This document shows positions 36,719 to 47,600 of a stretch of DNA of 64,000 bases, in pieces. The notes below the pieces were generated by a model, which was not told the origin of the DNA, ran no database searches, and was given only the letters and a program-made list of their open reading frames with translations. The first letter of the stretch is position 1; every line of letters starts with the position of its first letter. Made by a program: the position numbers and the translations under genes. Source of the DNA: Folioceros fuciformis (taxonomy: Eukaryota); NCBI GenBank assembly GCA_049999805.1, contig JBNGIO010006342.1, forward strand, positions 165,778-229,777, in the 5' to 3' direction.

Positions 36719-39700
36719 CTACAACCTCCCACTTAAAGGCCAATTTACCTGCATAAGAGAGTGGTCTAGCTCATGCCCATGAGTGTCCGAGCTTGTGCGA
36801 ATTGCTCCGTAGAGAGCCCCTTGGTAAGAACATCTGCAGGGTTCTGAGGTGTGAACTTTGACAAGCTGTACCCTCTTGTCTTCCAACACCTCTCGAATGA
36901 AGTGATACTTCACTTCCACATGTTTGGTCTTTGCATGAAACACTGGATTCTTCGCCAACTGGATAGCACTCTGGCTATCACAATGCAACACTGGCAGCTC
37001 ACCCTTGATCCCCAAATCTCCCACTAAACGAGCAAGCCACATGGCTTCCTTGCAAGCCTCAGTCGCTGCAACATACTCGGCCTCTGTGGTAGATAGCGTT
37101 ATGCACGATTGCAAACGAGATCGCCATGAGACTGCCCCTCCAGTGCACATGAAGACATAACCTGATGTGGACCTCCTTTTGTCCATATCCCCTGCATAAT
37201 CAGCATCCGTATATCCTACTACAGATTCATCTCCACTACCAAAACATAAGCACAAAGCTTTTGTACCATTCAAATACCTCATAACTCCTTTCACTGCCTC
37301 CCAATGCTTCCTGCCAGGGTTTGACATGAACCTACTAACCACTCCCACTGCAAAAGCAATGTCAGGACGTGTAGCAATCATTGCATACATCAAACTCCCT
37401 ACAGCTGATGAGTATGGAACCTTCTCCATTTCAGCTTTATCCTCCGCAGAACTTGGGCAATCTTTGCTCGAAAGTTTCACATATGGAGGCAACGGAGTAC
37501 TTAAGACCTTCCCCTTCTCCATATTGAAACCTTGAAGCACCTTGTTAATGTATTCTGTCTGAGACAAGTACATCAAACGCTTCTGTCTGTCTCGACGAAT
37601 ACGCATGCCAAGAATATGGCTTGCCTCCCCCAAGTCTGTCATGTCAAAGCGACCATTCAACTTTGACTGCAACGCTGAAATCTCATCACTGTTAGTCCTA
37701 GCAATTAGCATATCATCCACATAGAGGAGTAGAATGAGCAAGCTTCCATCCTTAGCTTGCTTCGTATAGAGGCAATGATCCATATCGCTACGCTTGTAGC
37801 CTTGAGAAAGCATAAATGAGTGGAACTTGAAATACCACTCCCTGGGTGCCTGCTTCAAACCATAAAGGCTCTTCTTTAACTTGCACACCAGACTCTCTTT
37901 GCCCTTCTCAATGAAACCCTCTGGTTGCTACATGTATACCTCTTCCTGGAGATCACCATGCAGAAATGCCAACTTCACATCCATCTGGACAAGTTCCATG
38001 TCGTTCCTCGCAACCAGACCAAGAACACATCTCAAGGTAGTCATTTTGACAACTGGTGAAAAAATCTCATCAAAGTCAATACCTTGCTGTTGCTTAAAAC
38101 CTTTAGCAACCAATCGTGCCTTGTACTTAGGTTTGCCATAATGGGGTATGTCCTTCATCTTATACACCCATTTGCATGGCAACGCCTTCTTGCCCTTAGG
38201 CAACCGAACCAACTCCCAAGTTTGGTTCTTATGGAGCGAATCCATCTGCGACTGCATCGCCTTCTCCCACTTGTTTTTGTCAATCACTGACTTGGCCTCT
38301 TGGTAACAAGAGGGCTCCCCACAATCCGTCAGCATGACATAATCAAGAGATGCAACATTCCTGTCAGGAGGACGTGAGATCCTTCCTGACCTACGAAGCA
38401 CTGGCGCCTCGACCGGAGCTGGTTGCACTCTCTCCTCGTCTACAAGTGGAGGAACTTGTTCCTGCACATCACGATGTTCAGCCTGCGCGGGACGGTCAAG
38501 TCCATCTTCTTGGAAGACCACCCGTCGCACCTCCATAGTTGGAGTAGGCTTCTTGTGCATCTTGGTCTCATTGAAGAACACATCATTGCTGCGAACCATC
38601 CTCTTGGCTTCTGGATCCCATAGACGGTATCCCATCTCACCAGATTCACCATAGCCAAGAAAAATACATTTTCTTGACTTAGGAGCCAACTTGTCGCGAA
38701 ACTCCTTCGGAACATGGTAGTATGCCTCGCAGCCAAACACTCGTAGATGTTTGTATGACGGCTTCTTTCCATACCACATCTCCTCTGGAACCTGTTCATC
38801 CACAGCCCTATTAGGAGATCTGTTAATAAGATGCACTGACGTAACCACCGCTTCTGCCCAAAATCCGTTAGGCAATCCAGAGTTTGACAACAAACTACGC
38901 ATCCTCTCCTGGATGGTCCTGTTCATCCGCTCAGCCACACCATTCTGGGGAGGAGTATACGGTGCAGTCAATTCTCTCTTGATTCCCTTGGAATCACAGA
39001 ATGACTGGAAAGCCTTCGAAACATACTCTCCCCCATTGTCTGTCCTTAGACACTTCAGCCGGAGGCCAAACTGATTCTCCACAAGGGTGACGAATTTCTG
39101 AAACACTGTCAGAACATCATCCTTTTTCCTCAAAGGATAAACCCACACCTTGCGTGAGAAGTCATCAATGAAAGTGACAAAATAAGATGCACCGCCTAAC
39201 GACACAGTGGGCATAGGTCCACAAATGTCACTGTGAACCAATTCAAGAGGTTTACTTTTGTGTTTACCTCTTGCTCCATGTGGTGACTTCGTCTATTTTC
39301 CATACAAACAGTGCTCACACACGGAGAAATCGGAGAAGTCAAGAGCAGGGACGTAACCAAAACGAGATAAGATCTTCATTCCTTTCTGAGACATATGTCC
39401 TAACTGACTATGCCACAAGGAAACACTTGGCACTTCCGCTACATGATCCTTGACAGTGGTTACCTGAAGTGAGTACAAAGTGCCACACTTCGATCCACGA
39501 GCTATCACAAGAGAACCTTTGGAGATCTTCCAAGAACGATCTCCAAACCAACAGTGGTAGCCAGCGTCATCCAACTGCCCTGCGCTAATCATGCTTTTGG
39601 TCAACTTCGGAACATGCCTGACATCCTTTAGTGTGAATGAAGATCCGTTGTCGAACTTCAGCTGCACATCACCAACGCCTGCTATCTCGCACGCGTAGTT

Positions 39701-40702
39701 ATTTCCAAGCCGAACACATCCTTTCCTAGTAGCATCATAAGTGCTAAACCACTCCCTATGCGGAGTAACATGGAAAGATGCTCCAGAGTCAATTATCCAA
39801 TTAGAGAATAAGTGACTCTCCATGGCTGTCAGTTGTGCAGAACCAAAAGAAGAAGAGATAAGAACATCTTCATCGTCAACAGAGTTCACCTCATCACACT
39901 CGATACTGGAATCTGCCTTGTTGTCGCTCTGCTTCTTCTCCTTGCCTTTTTCCTTCATGAACTTCTCGCAGTCCCTTCTGATATGACCCTTCTTGTGACA
40001 ATGGTAACACTCAACATTGTTACGACTACGAGATTTGCTACAGGAAGAACTTCGCTCCTTGTACTTCCCCTTTGAAGTGGACCCTCCTCTCACCATGAGG
40101 GCATTAGAACCTTTCGAAGGTTCCATATTCTTCCTGTTCACCTCCTCTGTTAACAGGCTACCTTCTACATTTACAACAGTAAGACCACTGGCAGGAACGG
40201 AATTACTCAGAGCCGTACGGAAGGTGTCCCAACTCTCTGGTAATGTGACCAACAAAAACATAGCTCTCACGGAATCTGGGAACGAGATACCTTGAGATGA
40301 GAGCTGGCTGAAATTGGTATTGAACTCATTCAGATGATCGGACATCCTCGTCCCTTCCTTCATCTTTAAGTCCACCAGCTGTTTCAACCAATACACCTGA
40401 GAAGCCGCACTTTGCTTCTCATACAAGTCACACAGCTTCTGCCATAGCTCGAAACTTGTGGTCTTGTCTTTCACGTTGAAGTAGACCGACTTCGACACTG
40501 TTAGCATGATGGTAGACCTAGCAAGCTCATCTAGATCTTGCCACTCATCCTGAGTCATGCTAACAGGTTTCACTCCTAGCAGCTTGATGGGCTTGATCTG
40601 CTTCTTCTGTACTAGAACATTATACACTTGTTCTTTCCAGAACGGGAAGTTAGTACCATCTAACTTCTCGATATTGAACATGACGTTTTCTGAGGACGTC
40701 AT
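36719..40702 (-). pseudogene. copia-2 gag-pol, nearly intact (two in-frame stops and a terminal frameshift)
   Basis: [95 protein letters not shown]. Confidence 0.95.
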
Positions 40703-40989
40703 GCTTCAAATTCGATCCAAATCAACCAAAAGGCTAGTTTGAAATTGGTCGAAATGAAATGTAGATTCTACAGGTTACCCTCACAACTTCTTCCGAATCG
40801 TATGTCCACGACTTGGGCCTCTGTCGCTCATAACAGGAATGTCCTTCTACGTTTGATCGAGATCCTGACTTCCTCAGCCGGGGTCAATACGGCACCCACA
40901 CTCTCGCTCCCGGCGTCTGCGATTTGTTCACTTTCCGGCGCTCGTCAATCGGGTCCTCGCTTCACTGGCACGCTCGTTTCGAGCGTCAC

Positions 40990-41340
40990 GGGCGCCCACG
41001 TGGTGCCCGGTGGCGCCTAGGTGGCGTCCACGTGGCGCCCAAGTGGTGCCCAAGTGCGCCTGCGTGGCGTCCTGATGGCACCCAGTGGCGCCCACGTGGT
41101 GCCCAAGTCGCGCCTAGGTGGCGCCCGTGTGGTGCCCAAGTCGCGCCTGGGTGGCACCAAGGTGGCGTCCAAGTGGCGCCTAGGTGGCGCCGATGTGGCG
41201 CCCGCGTGGTGCCCAAGCGGCGCTGATGTAGCGCCCGCTGGCGTCCACATGGCGTTGATGTGGCGCCCGGTGGCGCCCAAGTGGCTCTCACATAGCGCCT
41301 AGGTGGCGCCTGCATGGCGCCCCTGCCCCTCCTAGATGGC
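40990..41340. repeat. GC-rich degenerate array of ~11-bp GGTGGCGCC-type units in the copia-2 5' leader
   Basis: Repeated (g)gtggcgcc/gtggtgcc/gtggcgtc units between the PBS and the gag ATG. Confidence 0.8.
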
Positions 41341-41663
41341 CATCTTCATGGTCTTGCTCCACAACGTGCTCTGATACCACTTGTAGGATCACTAGAGGAG
41401 CATGGTGGAGGAGAGGAGAAGAGGAGGCAGAGAGGAGAGGAGAAAAAGAGGTCACATTGAGAGTGTTTGGCAAGGGAGCTCAAGGGGATATTTATACCCT
41501 CTAGAAGAGCTCCCTAGGAAGCTTCACAAGAAGCTCACAGGAAGCTGCGTAAGAAGCTTCCTACAGATTAGCTTAAGCTAATCTAAACTAATGATACTTA
41601 ACTAGACACTAATCTTAGACTAAACACATTAGCCTAAGCACATTGGGCTTTAATAACCCTACA

Positions 41664-42440
41664 GCTCCAGTGTATCCTGCGTTTGGCGCTGCAAATACAC
41701 ATAGTTGCCAAACTAGAATTTACGCACCTTAGGTCGGAAGCTGCCACTTCGTGTGTAAGCATATCTAAGATCTCACGGTGTTGCGTGATCTACAAGTTGG
41801 CCATGGCCATAGGCTCCTAGGACCCTTTTGAATAGTGTTGCCCGTTCTCCTATGGCCCTTGCCCACGTTGCTAGATTGTCCAGGTCCGGGACTTCCTGCA
41901 TCTGCTTCTTAATGGCTGCGGGAGGTACTGGTCCTATCCAAATAGCAAAAAGTAAGGCGAAAAGTTTGCCAAAGCTGCATGACGGCTCATCCGATATCCC
42001 ATGGCGATGTAGGGCAGCTGCATGTCCCACTCCGTCTTGGGCTTAGCGAGGCATAGTTTTTGCAGAGCTTGCTTGATGGTCTGGACCATTCTCTCCGTGA
42101 GTCCATCCGCTTGTGGGTGGTCCCGGCTGGTGCGCCTGTGATCTATCAAGGCAGCATCCAGCAAATCCTGGAATTCTCCTCTAAATTCCGCTCCTTGGTT
42201 CGTCAAACATTCGGCATTGCTTCCAAACCTGCTGAGTATGTTGTGTAGAAACGCCTGTGACGTACTACGGAATGTCTTGTCTGGGAGAGCTGCCAGTTCC
42301 AGCCACTTGGAGAAATGCTCCACCATCACCATGATGTACACATTTCCCCTGGGTGTTCAAGGAAACTCTCCTGCCAAGTCATACGACCACCGGAAGAACA
42401 AACCCATAATGGGCAGTGGATGCAACTATGAGTGTGGGTT
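41664..42440 (-). pseudogene. Gypsy integrase catalytic core
   Basis: LHPLPIMGLFFRWSYDLAGEFP*TPRGNVYIMVMVEHFSKWLEL..CLTNQGAEFRGEF..HPQADGLTERMVQTIK..FSPYFLLFG. Confidence 0.92.
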
Positions 42441-42444
42441 GCTG

Positions 42445-43440
42445 GATGTAGGTTTGATAGTAGTTGCATAGCCCCAAAAACGCCCTGAGCGCTGACACAC
42501 CAGCAGGGACAGGGATCTGCTATATGGCCTGAACCTTCGCAGCATCTGGCATGATGCCATTTAGTAAGATCCTGTGTCCCAAGTAAGCCACTGTATCCAT
42601 GGCAAACTCACACTTGGCGGGATGACAAGTTAACGAAGCCTTTCGCAACCTCCTAAACAAGTCCTCCAGGTGTAGCAGGTGAGTCTCAAAATCAGTGCTG
42701 TGAACCAACACATCATCTATGTAACAAAGAAAATGTGGTGCCCCAGCCAGTACCTTGTCCATCACCCTCTGGAACATAACTGGCGCATTTTTAAACCCGA
42801 ATGGCATAACCAACCACTCCTATAATTGATGCGCTCNNNNNNNNNNNNNNNNNNNNNNNNNNNNNNNNNNNNNNNNNNNNNNNNNNNNNNNNNNNNNNNN
42901 NNNNNNNNNNNNNNNNNNNNNNNNNNNNNNNNNNNNAGGCAGTCTTATGTATGTCTTCTTCCGCCACTGGTACCTGATTGAATCCCTGCTGTAGATCCAG
43001 TGTGGAAAAGAAGATTGACTAACCTATCCGATTAAACATCTCTTCACAAGTAGGCATGGGATACCTGTCAGTGGTGGTCACAGCGGTCAAGGGCCGGTAG
43101 TCTCTGCACATACGCTTCGCCATCTAGAGCCCTTGACTGTCCTTCTTGGGTGGGAGCAACGTGGCAGCTGCAAAATCCAAGTTTGAAGGGCGGATAAGCC
43201 CTGCCTTGTATAGTTCCTGACAACGCGTCTCCACAATGTCCCACTCAGACTAGCTCAGCCGATATCTCCTTCTGAAAACCGGCTCTGGGGTATTCAGCTT
43301 GATCTTGAAGGTCATTAAATTACACCTCTTCAACTCTTGCATGCTGAATGCGAAGCAGTCAGCATACTGCAGGATCAACGCCTTCAATCGACGTCGTTGT
43401 CCTTCATCCAACTGAGGACCCATCGTCCAAATGAAATTCC
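42445..43440 (-). pseudogene. Gypsy reverse transcriptase (100-N gap at 42837-42936)
   Basis: PVFRRRYRLS..GLIRPS..KKD..RMCRDYRPL..DRYPMP..STLDLQQGFNQV..KTA|EWLVMPFGFKNAP..YIDDVLVHS..KCEF..YLGH..RAFLGLCNYY. Confidence 0.93.
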
Positions 43441-43649
43441 CTGCATTAAAGGTGGCTTAGGTGGGCCTCCAGCATCCGGGCCAGGATCCCGCTTGGAAGC
43501 AGCAAGTGCAGACCTGACAAGTGCGTGCTCCCCCCCCCCCCTGCTTCCAGCAGATAGGAGTAGTAGTTGAAACCTGGGAACGGAAGGTGCACAATATCTG
43601 GGTGACACATATGAGCCACCAAACCTCCCTTGTGACGGGCAAAGGCTTG

Positions 43650-44610
43650 GAAAGCCAAACACAAATTGACCAACTACGTAAGGGCATAAACATCCATGGC
43701 CCGTCCGAGTGCAGCGAATTGCTGCATGCGGGACGCCTTGGGTGCGGCCGTGGATTGCTGTGGAAAACCCATGATGCGCTCACACTCCTTGACTGTAGGT
43801 TCTTCCCACTGGTTGGTGTCGGAGTTCAGTAGCAACCCTGTCCCTTAAGCGCTGTAAGCATAGCTACCCGGGTAAGTCACCAAGGTAGGGAGGGTGCGTC
43901 GTGGCTCACCAGGCTTGTTGGTGGGAAACCATGGTGCACGCTCTGTAGCTTTAATACGCCGCGGTAAGTGATTGGTGTTGAGCACTGTTGCGAGGTCCAA
44001 AGTAGCATCACGCTGCTGCTGACTCAATGCCATGTGAAGCATAGACACAGGGCATAGATTGGTCTAGTAATTCCGTAGTCAGTGAGCAAAGCTGCCCACT
44101 TGTACTGCGTCCATAGTAAAGGCTGGACCAACAACATGTTGTATCAAAGCCATATCCTATTGAAGCTGGGTTCTGGGATCCAGATGAGCGGGAGTGTTCT
44201 CTAACATGTATGCCATTGATGGATTGACCTCCTGTGACCATGCCAGGATTTGTGCTAAGGCTCGGAAGAGTCCTGATCTAGGATCTGAGAGTCCTGCTCC
44301 ACGACCTGCCCGTGAGAGACCCTAACACTCCTTGCCAGCAACGATAAGATCTATAGGTCCCAAGTGCTGCACATGGCTATGTTGAACATAGGTGAGGTTC
44401 TGTGGCAGAGCCTGAAACATGCTTTGACAAGCATGTAAACTAAGTTGCTCTGGGTACATGTCATGTAACATACGTACCCGATGCTCCGCCATATGCCTGA
44501 CTGTCGGGCAGATGTCACAGTAAATGTATCACTGCACCTATAGCCCACATCGCAGTGCCACTTCAAGTCCTGTGCAAAGTCCTCCAAAGAGCTCCATGAG
44601 TGTAATACCC
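43650..44610 (-). pseudogene. DNMT3-like C5 cytosine DNA methyltransferase domain inside the gypsy pol
   Basis: One reading frame with 8 stops. I: ITLMELFGGLCTGL. II: YIYCDIC. IV: GPIDLIVAGKEC*GLS (Cys codon 44325-44327). V: GLSDPRSGLF. VI: YMLENT (44193-44201). VIII: DAVQVGSFAH*LRNY*TNL. IX: ECERIMGFP. X: ALGRAMDV. Confidence 0.88.
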
Positions 44611-47600
44611 GCTGTGGGTGGGGTATTACAAGATACAATCGCAGTGTTGATAGTTGACATACACGGTGGTGGTATCCTGGTCAATAGGGCCTTGCCCATA
44701 AATGACTCCTGCAAGGTTTTCATGACATGAGCCATCTACTCCTGTGCCTGTTGCACAGCTCTTTGTCTCGATACCCCTGTCTGAGTGACATCAACCGTAA
44801 GAATGGAACTGTGAACGGAGTTATCGTGATAAACTTCAACCTCCTACAAATGTTGCTGTAGTAGGAACTCTTCCAGACTGTCACATTCCTGCAACCATTC
44901 ATCTCCTTTGTCGTCAAGGGCTAGTTCTAGCTCCTGCGTAGGTTTCTAATCCACCAGAGCAGCCATACATGCCTGTGTTTCCACAATGGACACCTCTGTA
45001 GCCTGCATAACTCCATGCAGATCAAGAGGGATGTGGGCAATGCGTTGGCCACTCTAACGCCAGTCTGGGCGATAAGTAGCTTGCTCTACCCAATTGTCAA
45101 TCGGGACACCAGGTGGGAACAGAAACTCTTGCCCCAGCAAGATGTCGTAGTTAGTTGCCGTGGTCACTACACAACGCAATGGCAACATCATCTCATCATC
45201 AATGCCTGCCTTCAAGGTAATTCGCACATGTTGCACTGTTTCCCCGCACACAGGCTCCACAGCACCGAAGGCCATCTATATGTTCCACGGAGATGGCTTC
45301 AGGGCTTCTCCTGTCTGTCTCAACTTAGCTGCCAAGATCTTGCCCACGATCACTGGTTGACCTCCAGCATCAAGCAAGACAGCCCTGGAAGCCAAGTTGT
45401 TGACAAGTACGTGTTTGTTCCTGTTGTCCACCAAGACATTGCTGACTCTAGCGCGTGCACGGTTCGTGGGTTGCACAACAAGCAATCCCTGCACCTCTTG
45501 TGCCAACTGAGCAGCCTGTACCACCTCTCCTCGTGCCAGGACATCTACCCACGTATCGCAAGAACGCTCCAGCCCCCCCAGATTGCTGGTCATGGCTTCT
45601 GCGCACCCACTGGGTAGGCTAGGTTCCACAATCACTTGAGGGTCTTCAGACAACAACATGGCTTGGAGTTGAGCTTCGCTGTACCCAAGTTCAGCTAGAC
45701 TAAAGAGTGGTGTTGACGTCATCCGAGCCATAAGGTCCTTGCTCGTGAACTCGGGGACACCTGGGTGCAAATGACGCAACCTTGATGCGCCTCTCATTCC
45801 TGCAATTGGACACTTTTGCCTAGTTCCATCTTCCAACACATCCTCATCTGGCAAATGATCAGCGCCCCTCACCAGCATTGCTACTTCCGGTGGTAGCTGC
45901 TGGAAGGACTGAGGTATGACCGCTCTAGCTCCACGCAGATGTGTTGACACAATTGCGGGACTTGGTACCTGGCCTACCCATGATTGTGGTAAACTCATAG
46001 TCTTCGTCCCTCCTTGGTGCTGCCCTTCAACACCCATTTTTCCAGATGCACCACCTGATCTATCAGCAATGCATGCCTCCCAGGCCCAACCATAGTCCTC
46101 TCCGTTAGGATCCAAGGTTCCACCTGGTTCCAACTCCGCGGTATTGACAGGCTTTGTGACAGCTAAACTGGCAACAATGGCACTTACTTGGGTAGTGAGA
46201 GTGGCCATCACCGTCTCCAAAGCACTCATCTTATCTGCCTGAGCCGTTGACTTCAGCTTGACCTTGTCACATTGAGCTTTACTCTTGGTGATCGATGAAG
46301 TTCCCAACTCAGCAAATGTATCTGAGCTCCCTTCTCCTGAAGTAGTGGGCGTGCTGGTTGCAGTCCTTTACTGACGCTGCTCTGGATGCTTTTGAAAGCA
46401 CACTGCTACCACATGACCGGTCTTGTGACAATGTGAACATTGTAGAGACTCCACTGGACACCTACATGCCGATGCTAGGTGCTCTGCACTGGTGCACCTA
46501 TTGCACAACGGGCCCATTGTAGCTGCTGCAGTTGTGGTTGGCTTGGTCTTGCTGCTGTCCTCAGAGTTTCTCCCTGTGCCATGGCTTCCCCCAGTTCCAC
46601 TTGAGCTTGAACCTCCCTTGTTTGAGAACATACTCTGATAATGGTTGAAAGCCTTGGTATGTTGGGATGCATACGCCGAGAATGCCAACTCCTTCTTCTC
46701 TGCCTCTTGATAGACTTGATGCAAGGTATAGTTGTCTTTGTACTTGTTCACAAGGGTGGTGAATAACTGGTAATGGAACATCAGGTCTCTCTCCATCATT
46801 GCTAAGAACTTCTGAGCCGCCTCTTGGTCCGTTAGCATTCCTGTTCCGTCCCACAATTTCTGCAACCTTCTAAATGCCATCTGAACAGTTTCACCCTTCT
46901 TGCGCGCAAAGGCTGCAAGCTCAGCTATTTTCTTTAGCGTCTTGGTAGGGAAAGCCTTTTCCAGTATACTGAAGAAATCCATCTCTATTGGTGTCATGTT
47001 CACCACTGTAGGTGGTGGCACACTGGTGGCAATAGTGCCTGCAGCAATGCCTGTCTGGTGTGCCGATACTACTGCAAACAGCAGAGCATTGTAGGCCACT
47101 TGCAAAGCTGCTGTATACGCCGGGTTAGGTTTCTCCCTCATCGCTAGTATCTCTGGAGCATGAATTTCAAACAAGTCCAAGCCTCATCTGTTAAATACCC
47201 AGGCATCAATTCGAACATATACCGATGTGTATAAGCCGTGCCATGCTTGAACTTAGCTCGGCTGATGAGGTATCCATAGAACAGCCTAAAGTCACGCAAT
47301 GTCTGAGTTCCTAGCCTTCCCGAGAACTTCTTGGACTTGTGTACTGAGGAACTTGAACCCTCCATGATGATAGACTCCTCAGCTTCCTCTTTTGAGCTGG
47401 AAACTCCCCCTACAGCTTGAATTATGGTAGTCAAAGGTGACCAACCTACTCCTGCTCCGCTTGGAAATGTGACAGGATAACTACCCACTCCTTGGACTCA
47501 AGCTCCAGAGTTCTGATTCTCTGTCGGTTCAAGTTGACCTTCAACTGGTTCCTCCCTTGAAGCAGGACGTTCGCCTACCCGAGGTTGACGTACTCTTCTC

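Larger units (their letters stand above)
36442..41663 (-). mobile_element. Full-length Ty1/copia element (copia-2), 5.2 kb, TSD GCTCC
   Basis: 282-bp LTRs at 41382-41663 and 36442-36723 with 5 mismatches. tRNA-Met PBS TGGTATCAGAGC at 41368-41379. PPT AAGTGGGAGG next to 36724. GCTCC at 36437-36441 and 41664-41668. Confidence 0.97.

Noticed and set aside
43530-43541. C/G homopolymer between MTase and RT as a programmed frameshift site
   Set aside because: A frame change occurs nearby, but homopolymer slippage or sequencing error in a dead copy explains it equally well; intact copies are needed.
43650-44610. MTase as a host DNMT3/DRM gene or bacterial contamination
   Set aside because: It is intronless, in frame with the retropepsin and Gag knuckles, directly followed by RT, decayed like the rest of the element, and has non-permuted motif order.
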